Shown: positions 1 through 10,707, counted from the first letter of the stretch. The stretch is 64,000 nt of DNA from Vulcanimicrobiota bacterium (GCA_963695225.1 OY968762.1:2688001-2752000), one strand, 5' to 3'. Program-made: numbers and translations. Notes: generated by a model from the letters alone, not told the origin.

Positions 1-561
1 GAGCGAATAGGCGAAGAAGACGGGCGTCGCGCCGTCCTCGAGCGCACGCCGCGCCCAGGCGACCATCGCGGCGGCGACTTCGGAGCGCGGCGGGAAGGCG
101 TACCGGGGATCGCCGTAGGTGCATTCCATCAGCAGCACGTCGCAGCGCTTGACTTCCGCCGCTTCCGCCGTGAAGCTCGCCTCGAGCTTGAAATCCCCGG
201 TATAGACGAAGCGTCCGCGCTCCCCTTCGATCGCGAGCTGCGCGCTGCCGAGGACGTGCCCCGCCGGGAACAGCGTCAAGCGATGTTCGCCGTGCTCCCA
301 CGGTTCGTTGAACGCGTGCTCCTCGAAGGAACACGGCGCCGTCCGCCGGCGGCGCGGCAGCAACTCCGGTTCCGGCGCTTTCCGGACGCCCAGGCGCAAG
401 CGGCACACGGCGGCATTGTTTCGCGAGGTGACGATCGTCGCATGGCGGCGCGCGTGGTCCGAATGCCCGTGCGAGACGAAGCAGCGCTCGCGCGCACGCA
501 TCGAATCGATCCACAGGTCGAGCGCTTCGACGTACAGCGATCTCTCGCGCAGGGAGAACAT
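1..561 (-). CDS. MBL-fold metallo-hydrolase / beta-CASP-like exonuclease (3' end runs off window)
   Basis: Manual translation from ATG at 561: MFSLRERSLYVEALDLWIDSMRARERCFVSHGHSDH (HxHxDH motif), later PAGHVLGSAQ and YTGDFK. Absent from the ORF track because it has no stop in the window. Confidence 0.8.
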   Translation of the reverse strand, partial: MFSLRERSLYVEALDLWIDSMRARERCFVSHGHSDHARRHATIVTSRNNAAVCRLRLGVRKAPEPELLPRRRRTAPCSFEEHAFNEPWEHGEHRLTLFPAGHVLGSAQLAIEGERGRFVYTGDFKLEASFTAEAAEVKRCDVLLMECTYGDPRYAFPPRSEVAAAMVAWARRALEDGATPVFFAYSL

Positions 562-643
562 TGGAAAGGCGTTGCGGCGCAACGCTCGGGGCGGCCTGCC
601 GGTTATGGGGGGCACGTCCGCCGCTCGTTGAGGGAGATGACCG

Positions 644-1606
644 ATGGCGCGAATCTATGACAATATCGTCGATACGTTCGGAAACACGCCCCTCGTAAAG
701 ATCCCACGGTTGAACAAGGGCCTGCCGGGGACGGTTCTCGTGAAGATGGAGTCGTTCAACCCGGCCGGAAGCGTCAAGGACCGCATCGGCGTCGCGATGA
801 TCGAAGCCGCCGAGCGCGACGGCCGACTGCGGCCCGACACCGTGATCGTCGAACCGACGAGCGGGAATACCGGCATCGCGCTCGCGTTCGTCGCGGCGGC
901 GAAGGGCTATCCGATCGTACTGACGATGCCCGAAACGATGACGGTCGAGCGGCGCAACTTGCTCAAGGCCTACGGCGCGCAACTCGTGCTGACGCCGGGC
1001 GCCGAGGGGATGCCCGGGGCGATCAGGCGTGCGAAAGAGATTCACGATAGCGACCCCGGCAAGTACTTCATGCCGCAGCAGTTCGAGAATCCGTCGAATC
1101 CGGAAATCCATCGCCGCACGACGGCCGAAGAGATCTGGCGCGATACGGACGGAAACGTCGATGCGATCGTCGTCGCGGTCGGAACGGGCGGGACGATCAC
1201 CGGCGTCGGCGAGGTGCTCAAGGCGCGCCGCCCGAGCTTCCGCGCGATCGCCGTCGAGCCGGACGCCTCTCCCGTCCTTTCGGGCGGTAAGCCGGGGCCG
1301 CACAAGATCCAGGGGACCGGCGCCGGGTTCGTGCCGGCGGTCCTCAACACGTCGGTCTACGACGAGATCGTTCGCGTGACGAACGAGGATGCGATCGCGA
1401 CGGCGCGGCGGCTGGCGCGCGAAGAAGGGATGCTCGTCGGCATCTCGGCGGGTGCGAACGTTTGGGCGGCGCTGCACGTCGCGGCTCGTCCGGAATTCGC
1501 CGGAAAGACGATCGTGACGATCGGCTGCGACACCGGCGAGCGTTACCTCTCGAACCCGGTCTTCGCCGAACAGGAAGCGAACGTCGTCGAACCCGCGCTG
1601 GCCTAG
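644..1606 (+). CDS. cysK: Cysteine synthase A (O-acetylserine sulfhydrylase)
   Basis: [14 protein letters not shown]-lysine motif, [34 protein letters not shown] upstream. Confidence 0.95.
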   Translation: MARIYDNIVDTFGNTPLVKIPRLNKGLPGTVLVKMESFNPAGSVKDRIGVAMIEAAERDGRLRPDTVIVEPTSGNTGIALAFVAAAKGYPIVLTMPETMTVERRNLLKAYGAQLVLTPGAEGMPGAIRRAKEIHDSDPGKYFMPQQFENPSNPEIHRRTTAEEIWRDTDGNVDAIVVAVGTGGTITGVGEVLKARRPSFRAIAVEPDASPVLSGGKPGPHKIQGTGAGFVPAVLNTSVYDEIVRVTNEDAIATARRLAREEGMLVGISAGANVWAALHVAARPEFAGKTIVTIGCDTGERYLSNPVFAEQEANVVEPALA

Positions 1607-1700
1607 CGAGCGCGGGATTTGGGGGAACGGCGAGGAGATGCGGCACCGCGGGCACTAACCGATTGAAACCGGGGTACGCTCCGCTGCTAAAAGGAAATAG

Positions 1701-4379
1701 ATGCTGAAGTTCAATCCTCGCCTACTTTCGGCCGCGCTGCTGTTCGCCGGCGCGTGCTCGGCGCTCGCATCCGCCCCGGCGCGGGCCGCGGCGGATGCGT
1801 CGACGCTCCGGGCCACGCTCGACAACGGGCTGCGCGTCGTCATCGTGCGCAACGCGCTCGCCCCGGTCGTGACGGAGGTCGTCAATTACGGCACGGGCGG
1901 GCAGGATACGCCTGCGGGATTCCCCGGGACGGCGCACGCGGTCGAACACATGATGTTCCGCAGTTCCGCCGGCCTTTCGACGGCGCAACTCGCGAACATC
2001 GGCGCGTTGCTGGGCGCCGATTTCAACGCCGATACGCAGGAAGCGATCACCCAGTACTTCTTCACGGTGCCCGCCCAGTATCTCGGCATCGCCCTCAAGG
2101 TCGAAGCGACGAGGATGACCGGCCTGCTCGCGACGGACGCCGAGTGGGCGAAAGAACGCGGCGCGATCGAGCAGGAGGTCTCGCGTGACGAATCCTCCAC
2201 GTTCTTCCGCTACTACCAGGCGGCGCTCGCGAGATTGTGGGCGCAGACCCCCTATCAGTACAGCCCGCTCGGAACGCGCCCGTCGTTCGACAAGACGACG
2301 GGCGCCGATCTGCGCCGCTTCCACGACGCGTGGTACGCCCCAAACAACGCGCTCCTCGTGATCTGCGGCGACGTCGATCCGGGCAAGACGCTCGCCACGG
2401 TCCGCGCGACGTTCGGCTCGATCCCCAAGCGCGCGGTTCCGGCGCATCCCGCCGTGAAGGCCGGCCCGGTGACGGGCGAGACCATCGCGCTCGATAGCGA
2501 CATGCCGGTGCCGATCGTCGCCGCCGCTTATCGTATGCCGGGTTACGACAGCCCCGATTTCTCCGCCACGCAGATCGCGATCGACGCTCTCAACAGCGAG
2601 CGCGGCAAGTTGTTCGCGCTGCAAGCCGACGGCAAGGCGCTCGGCGTGGGCGTGGAAGCGCAGACGTTCCAGCACGGCGGGCTCGGCTTCGCGTACATCG
2701 CCACCGCCCCGAATGCCGATCCGGCGGCGGCCCGCGCGCTGCTCTTCGCTACGCTCGGCGACTACCGGCGCAACGGGGTCCCGGACGAACTCGTCGAGGC
2801 GGCCAAGCGCAAGGAAATCGCGCAAGCGCTGTTCAGCCGCAATTCGATCGAAGGCCTCGCGACGGAGTGGTCGCAGGCCGTGGCGGTCGAAGGCCTCGCA
2901 TCGCCCGACGATCGCACTGCCCGCCTGGAGAAGGTGACGAAAGCCGACGTGGACCGCGCGCTCGCGCAGTATTTCGACGATGCGCAAGCCGTCGTCGGGG
3001 TTCTGATCCCCAAGTCCGCGGGCGGCGCCTCGAGCCGCGGTGGTTACGGCGGGAAGGAATCCTTTGCACCGGCCAGTTCGAAACCGGTCGTCTTGCCGGT
3101 CTGGGCGCGGGGCCTCGAACGCCTCCCCGGCGTCCCGGCCACGTCGCTCGCACCCGTCGACATGCGCTTGCCGAACGGGATCCGATTGATCGTCCAGCCG
3201 ACCTCGATCAGTCCGACCGTCACCGTGCGCGGCGCCGTCAAGCAGAATGCCGACCTGCAGGCTCCGCCGGCGAAGGAGGGCGTCGACGACGTCCTCGGAG
3301 CCCTCTTCCCGTACGGCACGACCACGCTCGACCGCTTGGCCTTCCGGGCGGCGCTCGACGACATCGCGGCCGACGTCTCGGGAGGATCCTCGTTCTCGCT
3401 CGCGGTCCCGGCGGCGAGTTTCGATCGCGGCATGCAATTGCTGGCCGACGACGTGCTCCATCCGGCGCTCCCGCCCGATGCGTTCGCGATCGTCCGCGCG
3501 CAGACGTCTCAGGGGTTGGAAGGCGAGCTCAAGAGCCCCGATTACATCGCCGAGATCGCGCTGGAACGGCGGCTCTATCCCAAGGGCGATCCGCAACTGC
3601 GCGAAGCGACGCCGGCGACCGTCGACGCGCTCGCGCTCGACGACGTCAAGGCCTATTACGCGGCGACGTTCCGGCCCGACATGACGACGATCGTCGTCGC
3701 CGGCGCGGTAACCCCCGAGCAAGCGAGAGCGAGCGTCGAGCGATGGTTCGGCGCGTGGACGGCGAGCGGCCCGAAGCCGCAGACGGAGTATCCGCCGGTT
3801 CCGCTCAACAAACCGGGGGCGTCGGTCGTCCCCGCGACGGGGCGCAAGCAATCCGACGTCACGCTCGACGAGCTCGTGGGCATCACGCGCTCGAACCCGG
3901 ACTACTACGCGCTGCGGCTCGGAGACACCGTCCTCGGCGGCGCGTTCTATTCGACGCGCTTCTATCGCGATCTGCGCAAGGACAACGGCCTCGTCTACAC
4001 GGTCGGGGCGGAGTTGGACGCCGGCAAGACGCGCACGTCGTACAGCGTCCGGTTCGGCAGCGATCCGCAGAACGTCGCGAAGGCGCGCGCGATCGTCGAG
4101 CGCGATCTGCGGGACATGGGAGCGAAGGTCGTTACGCCGGAAGAACTGCGGCTCGCCAAGACGACGGCCGTGCTCGGCGGTGAGCTCGCCGAATCGAACG
4201 TCGGCGCGGTCGCTTCCGGCTACCTCGCACGAGCACTCGCGGATCTCCCGCTCGACGAGCCGCAGCGTAGGGCGCGGATCTTCTTGGGGATGAACGCGGA
4301 GACGATTCGAGCCGCGTTCGCGCGCTGGATCGATCCCGCGCGCTTCGTGCAAATCGTCACGGGACCGGCGCCGAAGTAG
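1701..4379 (+). CDS. Secreted M16 family (pitrilysin/insulinase-like) zinc peptidase, two fused halves
   Basis: Signal peptide, TLDNGLRV, inverted zinc motif HAVEH, second LPNGIRL half, RKDNGLVY. Confidence 0.88.
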   Translation: MLKFNPRLLSAALLFAGACSALASAPARAAADASTLRATLDNGLRVVIVRNALAPVVTEVVNYGTGGQDTPAGFPGTAHAVEHMMFRSSAGLSTAQLANIGALLGADFNADTQEAITQYFFTVPAQYLGIALKVEATRMTGLLATDAEWAKERGAIEQEVSRDESSTFFRYYQAALARLWAQTPYQYSPLGTRPSFDKTTGADLRRFHDAWYAPNNALLVICGDVDPGKTLATVRATFGSIPKRAVPAHPAVKAGPVTGETIALDSDMPVPIVAAAYRMPGYDSPDFSATQIAIDALNSERGKLFALQADGKALGVGVEAQTFQHGGLGFAYIATAPNADPAAARALLFATLGDYRRNGVPDELVEAAKRKEIAQALFSRNSIEGLATEWSQAVAVEGLASPDDRTARLEKVTKADVDRALAQYFDDAQAVVGVLIPKSAGGASSRGGYGGKESFAPASSKPVVLPVWARGLERLPGVPATSLAPVDMRLPNGIRLIVQPTSISPTVTVRGAVKQNADLQAPPAKEGVDDVLGALFPYGTTTLDRLAFRAALDDIAADVSGGSSFSLAVPAASFDRGMQLLADDVLHPALPPDAFAIVRAQTSQGLEGELKSPDYIAEIALERRLYPKGDPQLREATPATVDALALDDVKAYYAATFRPDMTTIVVAGAVTPEQARASVERWFGAWTASGPKPQTEYPPVPLNKPGASVVPATGRKQSDVTLDELVGITRSNPDYYALRLGDTVLGGAFYSTRFYRDLRKDNGLVYTVGAELDAGKTRTSYSVRFGSDPQNVAKARAIVERDLRDMGAKVVTPEELRLAKTTAVLGGELAESNVGAVASGYLARALADLPLDEPQRRARIFLGMNAETIRAAFARWIDPARFVQIVTGPAPK

Positions 4380-4384
4380 ACGCA

Positions 4385-5410
4385 TTGGAAGGGGTCCCGT
4401 TCGTCGAGGCGACGCGCGGCGAGCTCGTCGAGTCGTTGCATGCGGTCGCGGCATGCGCGTGCTCGCCGGACGGCGCCGCACCGCCGCGCCTCGCGCTCGG
4501 AAACGTCGACGTCCCGATCTTCCTGCGCTCCGCGTCCAAGCCGTTCATCGCCGCGACGATCGTCGCAGCCGGCGCGGTCGCGCGCTTCGGCCTCGAACAG
4601 CGCGAGATCGCGGTCATCGCCGCCTCGCACGGCGGCGAGCCGCGGCACGTCGAGGCGGTCCGTTCCATTCTGCGCAAGACCGGCTTCGCCGAATCCGATT
4701 TGCAATGCGGCGCGCACGCGCCCTCGTACGAGCCGGCGGCGGCCGCGCTCGCGCGCGAGGGGGTTCCGTATACCGCGATTCACAACAACTGCTCGGGGAA
4801 ACACGCCGGCATCCTCGCGCTCGCGCGTCTGCTCGGCGCGGATCCGGCGACGTACCTGGAGCCTGCGAATCCGGCGCAACGGCGCATTCTGGAGTTTTGC
4901 GCGCGGCTCTCCGGCGAAGATCCGGCCGGCTTGCAGCTCGGCGTCGACGGGTGCGGGATCCCGGTCTACGCGCTCCCGCTGCGCCGTGCTGCGCTCGCGT
5001 TCGCGCGGTTCGCGACGCTCTCGCACGTCTCGGACGAAACCGCGGAGGCGCTCGCGTGCGTCCGCGCGGCGCTCGCGGCCGAGCCGTTCTACATAGCCGG
5101 CACGGGCCGCTTCGATTCCGCGCTGATCGAAGCAAGCGGCGGCAGGGCGATCGGAAAAGCGGGGGCCGAGGGAGTGCACGGCGATGCGTTGCTCGATCCC
5201 GGACTCGGCCTCGCGCTCAAGGTGATCGACGGGAATCGCCGCGCGGTCCCGCCGGCCGCGATTGCGCTGTTGCGCGAGCTCGGTGCCCTCGATGCCCGTG
5301 CAGACGCGACGCTCGCTTCGTTCGCGCGCCCGCAGATCCTCAACGTGGCGGGCCGCGTCGTCGGAGAATTGCGCGCGCGAGATTTCGACGGCCTGAGGCT
5401 CTCTCGTTGA
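4385..5410 (+). CDS. L-asparaginase II (Rhizobium etli-type, class 3)
   Basis: RSASKP, ASHGGE, HNNCSGKHAG, DGCG and KAGAEG motifs. Confidence 0.85.
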   Translation: MEGVPFVEATRGELVESLHAVAACACSPDGAAPPRLALGNVDVPIFLRSASKPFIAATIVAAGAVARFGLEQREIAVIAASHGGEPRHVEAVRSILRKTGFAESDLQCGAHAPSYEPAAAALAREGVPYTAIHNNCSGKHAGILALARLLGADPATYLEPANPAQRRILEFCARLSGEDPAGLQLGVDGCGIPVYALPLRRAALAFARFATLSHVSDETAEALACVRAALAAEPFYIAGTGRFDSALIEASGGRAIGKAGAEGVHGDALLDPGLGLALKVIDGNRRAVPPAAIALLRELGALDARADATLASFARPQILNVAGRVVGELRARDFDGLRLSR

Positions 5411-5521
5411 GCCGAGGACGGCAAGCCGCAACCTCCCCGCGGTTTCAGGCGTCTTGCGAATCACGCATGCTACAGAGACGGCGAACGACGAGCGCGGAGC
5501 GCGTATCCCCGGCGGCCTCGC

Positions 5522-8500
5522 GTGGTTGAATTCTTCCTGCGCCGCCCCGTCTTCGCGACGGTCTGCTCCGTCGTCATCTTGCTGGGCGGCCTCGTCGCGA
5601 TTCCGACGTTGCCGATCGCCCAGTTCCCGAAGATCGCGCCGCCGACCGTCACCGTCAGCGCGACGTACACCGGCGCGAGCGCCGAGGCCGTCGAGTCGAG
5701 CGTTACGACGCCGCTCGAGGAGGCGATCAACGGCATCCAGGGCCTGCGCTATCTGAGCTCGACATCGTCGAACGACGGAACGACGTCGATCACGGCGGTC
5801 TTCTCGCTCGACCGGAACTTGGATCAAGCCGCGACCGACGTGCAAAACGCGGTCTCCACCGCAACGGGCCGTCTGCCGACCGAAGTGAACCTCACCGGCG
5901 TCACCGTCACGAAGAACGCCGGATCGTTCATCATGGCGCTCGGAGTGTGGTCGGAGAACTCGAATTACTCGTCGCTGAACCTGAGCAACTACGCGGACCT
6001 GAACATTCGGGACGAGCTGCGGCGCATTCCGGGGATCGGGAACGTGATCATCTTCGGCGAACGCAAGTACGCGATGCGGGTCTGGGTCGATCCGCGCAAA
6101 CTCGCGGACCGCGGGCTCTCGGCGGGCGACGTCGTGGCAGCGCTGCAGGATCAGAACGCGCAGGTCGCCGCCGGCAAGATCGGGGCCCCGCCGACGACGG
6201 GAAACCAGCCGTACGAGTTCCCGATCACGGCGACGGGCCGCCTGCGAAACATCGAGGATTTCCGGAACGTCATCCTGAGCGCGACGCCGGACGGCGGGTT
6301 CGTGAAGCTGGGAGACGTCGCGCGGATCGAAATCGGCGCGGAGAACTACGCGACGAACCTGCGCTTCGACGGGCACGAGGCGATCGGGATCGGGATCCAG
6401 ATCCTCCCCAACGGCAACGCGCTCGACGTCTCCAAAGAAGTGGTCGCGACGATGCAGCGCCTCGCCGAGCGCTTCCCCGCCGGCGTGAAGTACAAGGTCG
6501 CCTTCGACTCGACCGATTTCGTACGCAATTCGATCAACGACGTGATCGTGACGCTCTTCATCGCGATCGCGCTCGTCGTGTTCGTCATTTTCCTGTTCCT
6601 GCAGGATTGGCGCACGACGCTGATCCCCTCGATCACGATCCCGATCTCGCTGATCGGGACGTTCGGGCTGATGAAGCTCTTGGGCTTCTCGATCAACACG
6701 CTCACGCTCTTCGGCCTGACGCTCGCGACGGGACTCGTCGTCGACGACGCGATCGTCGTGATCGAGAACATCGCTCGTTTCATTCGGGAAAAGGGGATGG
6801 AGCCGCTGGCGGCCGCGTCGGCGGCGATGAAGGAGATCTCGGGCGCGGTCGTCGCGACCTCGCTCGTCCTGCTCTCGGTGTTCGTTCCGGTCGGGTTCTT
6901 CCCGGGGACGACGGGCCTGCTCTACAAGCAGTTCGCGCTGACGATCGCGTGCTCGATCTCGATCTCGCTGTTCAACGCGCTGACGCTCACGCCGGTACTA
7001 TCGGCGCTCTTCTTGCGAAGCCACGTCGATAGCCACCGCGGCTTCTTCGGCGGGATCAACTCGGTCATCGACGGGACGCGCAGCCGGTACCATGCATTCA
7101 TCCCGCGCGTGCTGCGGGCTCGGACGCTCATCGCCGCGCTCTTCGTGGCGGCGCTCGGCCTGACGTGGTTCGTCTACAAGCACACGCCGGGCGGCTTCGT
7201 TCCGGACGAGGATCAGAGCTTCCTGATCGTGAGCGCTCAGAACCCGGAAGGAACGTCCGTCGATCAAATGACCAAGACGCGGTATGCGATCGAGGACATC
7301 CTCAATCGCCAGCCGGAGGTCACCGACGTCTTCGACGTCGGCGGGTTCGGCTTCACCGGGAGCGGCTCGAACAAGGGGACGATGTTCGTGCGGCTCAAGC
7401 CGCTCAAGGAACGCGGCGGCGGTCCGCACAGCGTCGGTGCGGTGATCGGACGCCTGTACGGCGCGTTCTCGCAACTTCCGGGGACGAGCGCCTTCCCGAT
7501 CAATCCTCCCGCGGTTCAAGGGTTGGGCCTCCAGGGCGGGTTCACGTTCCAGCTTCAGGATCGCAGCGGCATCGGCATCAAGCCCCTCGCCTACAGCGCG
7601 TACGGCATCATGGGGCTGGCGGCGCGGGATCCCGCGCTGAGCCGCGTCTATACGACGTTCAGCGTCGGCACGCCGGAACTGATCGCGCAGATCGATCGGG
7701 AGAAGGCCAAGAGCCTCGGCATCCCGCTCGCCAACGTTTTCAACTCGATGCAGGTCTACCTCGGCTCCCTGTACGTGAACGATTTCGACTACCTCAACCG
7801 GTCGTATCGCGTCTACGTGCAGGCGGATGCGCCGTTCCGCGGCAGCCTCGACGATTTCCAGCGCATCTACGTTCGATCGAGCACGAACGGGATCACGCCG
7901 CTCTCGTCCCTGATGCAGACGCGCACGGACAAGACTTCGCCGATCATCACGCACTTCAACCTCTTCCGCTCGGTGGAGATCGACGGGGGGCCTTCGGCCG
8001 GGCACGGATCGGCCGAGGCGATCGCCGCGATGCAGAAGATCTTCAACCAAGTCTCGGCGATCACGCCCGGACTCGGGTTCGAGTGGAGCGGCATCTCGCG
8101 CGAACAGATCGAGGGCGGGACGCAGGCTGCGCTGATCTTCGTCCTCGGGATCATCTTCACGTTCCTCGTGCTCGCTGCCCAGTACGAAAGCTTCATCGAC
8201 CCGCTGATCATCCTGCTCGCCGTGCCGCTCGCGATGCTCGGCGCGCTCGTGGCGATCGGGCTGCGCGCCATGCTCCCGTTCCAATCCGGCGGCATCAGCG
8301 ACGTCTACGCGCAGATCGGGTTCTTGATGCTGATCGGGCTCGCGAGCAAGAACGCGATCCTGATCGTGGAATTTGCGAACCAGCTCCGCAAGACCGGGCT
8401 GAACGCCTTCGATGCCGTGCAGAAGGCTTCCGAAACGCGTTTGCGCCCGATTCTGATGACCTCGATCGCGTTCATCCTGGGCATCTTCCCGCTCGTGATC

Positions 8501-8767
8501 GCGAACGGCGACGGCGCCGCGGCGCGCAATTCGCTCGGAACCGCCGTCTTCGGCGGGATGATCGTTTCGACGTTCCTCAATCTGTTCGTGGTGCCGGTCC
8601 TCTACGTGATCTTCGTGCGCATCGAAGATCGCATCCGCGGGAACCGCGACATCTTCGCGAAGCACGGCCTCGCCCCGGTAGCGCCGCTCGTCCCGCTCGA
8701 CGGCAAGCCGCCGTCGCCGTCGCCGTCGCCGACGCCCCCGCCGACTACGCCCGCCGGGAAGACCTAG
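5522..8767 (+). CDS. RND efflux permease (HAE1/AcrB family)
   Basis: 1081 aa; LPIAQFPKIAPP, GLVVDDAIVVIEN, KNAILIVEFA, RLRPILMT. Confidence 0.93.
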   Translation: MVEFFLRRPVFATVCSVVILLGGLVAIPTLPIAQFPKIAPPTVTVSATYTGASAEAVESSVTTPLEEAINGIQGLRYLSSTSSNDGTTSITAVFSLDRNLDQAATDVQNAVSTATGRLPTEVNLTGVTVTKNAGSFIMALGVWSENSNYSSLNLSNYADLNIRDELRRIPGIGNVIIFGERKYAMRVWVDPRKLADRGLSAGDVVAALQDQNAQVAAGKIGAPPTTGNQPYEFPITATGRLRNIEDFRNVILSATPDGGFVKLGDVARIEIGAENYATNLRFDGHEAIGIGIQILPNGNALDVSKEVVATMQRLAERFPAGVKYKVAFDSTDFVRNSINDVIVTLFIAIALVVFVIFLFLQDWRTTLIPSITIPISLIGTFGLMKLLGFSINTLTLFGLTLATGLVVDDAIVVIENIARFIREKGMEPLAAASAAMKEISGAVVATSLVLLSVFVPVGFFPGTTGLLYKQFALTIACSISISLFNALTLTPVLSALFLRSHVDSHRGFFGGINSVIDGTRSRYHAFIPRVLRARTLIAALFVAALGLTWFVYKHTPGGFVPDEDQSFLIVSAQNPEGTSVDQMTKTRYAIEDILNRQPEVTDVFDVGGFGFTGSGSNKGTMFVRLKPLKERGGGPHSVGAVIGRLYGAFSQLPGTSAFPINPPAVQGLGLQGGFTFQLQDRSGIGIKPLAYSAYGIMGLAARDPALSRVYTTFSVGTPELIAQIDREKAKSLGIPLANVFNSMQVYLGSLYVNDFDYLNRSYRVYVQADAPFRGSLDDFQRIYVRSSTNGITPLSSLMQTRTDKTSPIITHFNLFRSVEIDGGPSAGHGSAEAIAAMQKIFNQVSAITPGLGFEWSGISREQIEGGTQAALIFVLGIIFTFLVLAAQYESFIDPLIILLAVPLAMLGALVAIGLRAMLPFQSGGISDVYAQIGFLMLIGLASKNAILIVEFANQLRKTGLNAFDAVQKASETRLRPILMTSIAFILGIFPLVIANGDGAAARNSLGTAVFGGMIVSTFLNLFVVPVLYVIFVRIEDRIRGNRDIFAKHGLAPVAPLVPLDGKPPSPSPSPTPPPTTPAGKT

Positions 8768-8913
8768 CCTCCCGTGTTCTCGGGAGCCCGTCGACGCGCG
8801 TCATTCCGAGCGGACCATCGGTCTTCTCTTCGGTAAATCATAGCCCCGAAGGGCCGCATGGAAGCGAATGGAAATGGCCGGCCCGCCTGTTGCCCGCCGA
8901 AGGGTGAGCGTTC

Positions 8914-9169
8914 CGCGTGGCCCGCGTCCGGAGCGGGGGCGGGGTTCCCCCGCGGGGACGCCCGCCGTTTCGCATCCATGCGAAACGGCTACTCGTGCAC
9001 GTGTTCCCACGCTGCTGCGCAGCGCGGGGACCCACTGAGTTGAACAGGCGCTCCGCCTACGGCTCCGCGCCCCCACACGCAAAGCGCGTGGGGCCCCGCC
9101 CGCCGTCCGTGGCTCCGCGGGCAAGCTGCACGCCCCGCGGAGAAACCCCGCCCCGCTCCGGACGCTACC
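8914..9169 (+). repeat. Multi-hairpin palindromic element, copy A (with ~90 bp nested insert)
   Basis: Terminal IR gcgtccggagcgggggcggggttcccccgcgggg / ccccgcggagaaaccccgccccgctccggacgc; inner hairpin gccgtttcgcat-cc-atgcgaaacggc at 8964-8989; ends in gctacc (GGTAGC on the - strand); homologous to the copies near 25.8/27.0, 55.1 and 60.5 kb. Confidence 0.85.
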
Positions 9170-9208
9170 ATGCATTCCATGGTCAGCCTGGGGTCAGTGT
9201 GATTGCAA

Positions 9209-9277
9209 CTTTCGATGAGCTGAGGTGAGCTGGTCGAAACGCGGCTTGCTCATCCTACGACGAGCTCATGATGAGCG
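9209..9277. repeat. Degenerate copies of a second small REP-like motif (cttcgacNAgctcagg-type)
   Basis: tttcgatgagctgaggtgag, gtgagctggtcgaa and atcctacgacgagctcatgatgag; similar motifs at 27067-27088 and 62432-62455. Confidence 0.4.
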
Positions 9278-9452
9278 GGCTTCGGGACGACGTGAAGGGC
9301 GTGCTTGCTGGTTTGGTTGCGTCGCCTAACTGGAGTACGTTGGTCCCATAATTGCATCGACAGATGTCGCAGGTAAGACTTTTCTCTTGCGGAACGGAGC
9401 GTTGGATTTATCCCATTACGGGTTGACTTTCCACGTAGAGAAAGAGGCTGGC

Positions 9453-10673
9453 GTGAAGTTACTCAGACAATCGGCGGCGCTGGCGGCGTCGTTCGGAATT
9501 GCTTTCTCCGTGGCTGCGCCGATGCGCGCGGTCGCAGCCGACACGGGTCCGATCAGGATCGCGGTCGTGACCGACATGTCGGGGGTTTATGCGGCCCTGG
9601 CGGGCCCCGGAGCGGTCAAGGCGACGGAGATGGCCGTCAAGGATTTCGGCGGGAGCGTCCTCGGGCGTCCGATCGAGGTCGTTACGATCGATCATCGCAA
9701 CAACGGGCCTGAAGCGGCCGTCAAGGCGCGTGAAGCGATCGACGGCGGCTCCGAGCTGTTGATCGACGTGACGAATTCCGCCGTAGCGCTTGCCGTCTCG
9801 GCAGTCGCAAAGGAGAAGCACAAGATCCTGATCGCCACCGGCGCCGCGAGTTCGGCGCTCACCGGTGCCGCGTGTAACAAGTACACTTATCACTACGCGT
9901 ACGATACCTACGCGCTCGCCAATTCGACCGGACACAACATCGCGGCCCAGCCGAACGGCAAGACCTGGTACGGGATCGTTCCGAACTACGCTTTCGGTCA
10001 GCAGATGTTGGCCGACTTCACGGCCGCAATCGGGGCCGAAGGCGGGAGCTTCGTCCACTCGGATATGATTCCGCTGGGGAATACGGACTTCTCATCGTAT
10101 CTGCTCGCCGCGAAGAACTCGGGCGCGCAGGTCCTGGGCGTCCTCAACGCCGGTGCCGACACCGTGAACACGATGAAGGCCGTCAAGCAATTCGGCATCG
10201 ACAAGAGCATGAAGATCGCCGTCGGGCTGATGTTCCTCTCCGACGCCGACGCCCTGCCGGACGTCTTCGCGGGTTCGCGTATCACGACGTCCTGGTACTG
10301 GAACGAGGACAAGGCGGCGCGCGCCTTTGCGGATCGCTTCGCGAAGGAAATGAACGGGCTCCGTCCGACCGACATCCAGGCCTCCGACTACTCCGCGACG
10401 ACCCAGTGGCTCAACGCCGTCAAAGCGACCGGAACCGTCGACCCGGACAAGATCGTCCAGTACCTCGACGGGCGGAAGTTTAACGACTTCTACGCGCACA
10501 ACGGCGAATGGCGCGCCCGCGACCACCGCGTGCTGCACGACATGTACGTGGTCGACGTGCTCTCGAAGGATCAGATCAAAGAGCCCCATGCCTGGTTCAA
10601 GATCGACCAAACGATTCCGGCGAGCCGCGCGTTCCGGCCCGAATCGGAATCGAAGTGCAACAAGGATTGGTAA
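9453..10673 (+). CDS. Branched-chain amino acid-type ABC transporter substrate-binding protein
   Basis: Signal peptide, DMSGVYA, YAFGQQ, LNAGADT; GTG 9453 follows AGAGG (ORF track starts at 9387). Confidence 0.88.
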   Translation: MKLLRQSAALAASFGIAFSVAAPMRAVAADTGPIRIAVVTDMSGVYAALAGPGAVKATEMAVKDFGGSVLGRPIEVVTIDHRNNGPEAAVKAREAIDGGSELLIDVTNSAVALAVSAVAKEKHKILIATGAASSALTGAACNKYTYHYAYDTYALANSTGHNIAAQPNGKTWYGIVPNYAFGQQMLADFTAAIGAEGGSFVHSDMIPLGNTDFSSYLLAAKNSGAQVLGVLNAGADTVNTMKAVKQFGIDKSMKIAVGLMFLSDADALPDVFAGSRITTSWYWNEDKAARAFADRFAKEMNGLRPTDIQASDYSATTQWLNAVKATGTVDPDKIVQYLDGRKFNDFYAHNGEWRARDHRVLHDMYVVDVLSKDQIKEPHAWFKIDQTIPASRAFRPESESKCNKDW

Positions 10674-10707
10674 CGATCCCTAGATCCCAACGGGACGGGG
10701 CCGGCGC

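Noticed and set aside
1722..4481. Very long antisense or alternate-frame ORFs (e.g. 919 aa here; also 4220-6376, 16269-18632, 34184-35929, 51349-53283)
   Set aside because: Arg/Ala/Pro-rich shadow ORFs overlapping well-supported genes, expected in high-GC DNA, with no domain motifs.
8914..9169. Repeat family as CRISPR array, tRNA or hammerhead ribozyme
   Set aside because: Copies are dispersed rather than regularly spaced, there are no cas genes, and neither cloverleaf/T-loop motifs nor a CUGANGA/GAAA core is present.
8764..9228. Short ORFs with shared peptides such as FAWMRN / FASMRN / RIHAK, also near 27.0, 55.2 and 60.6 kb
   Set aside because: They are translations of the palindromic repeat in different frames, without consistent starts or RBS. 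The conservation pattern follows base-pairing, not codons.
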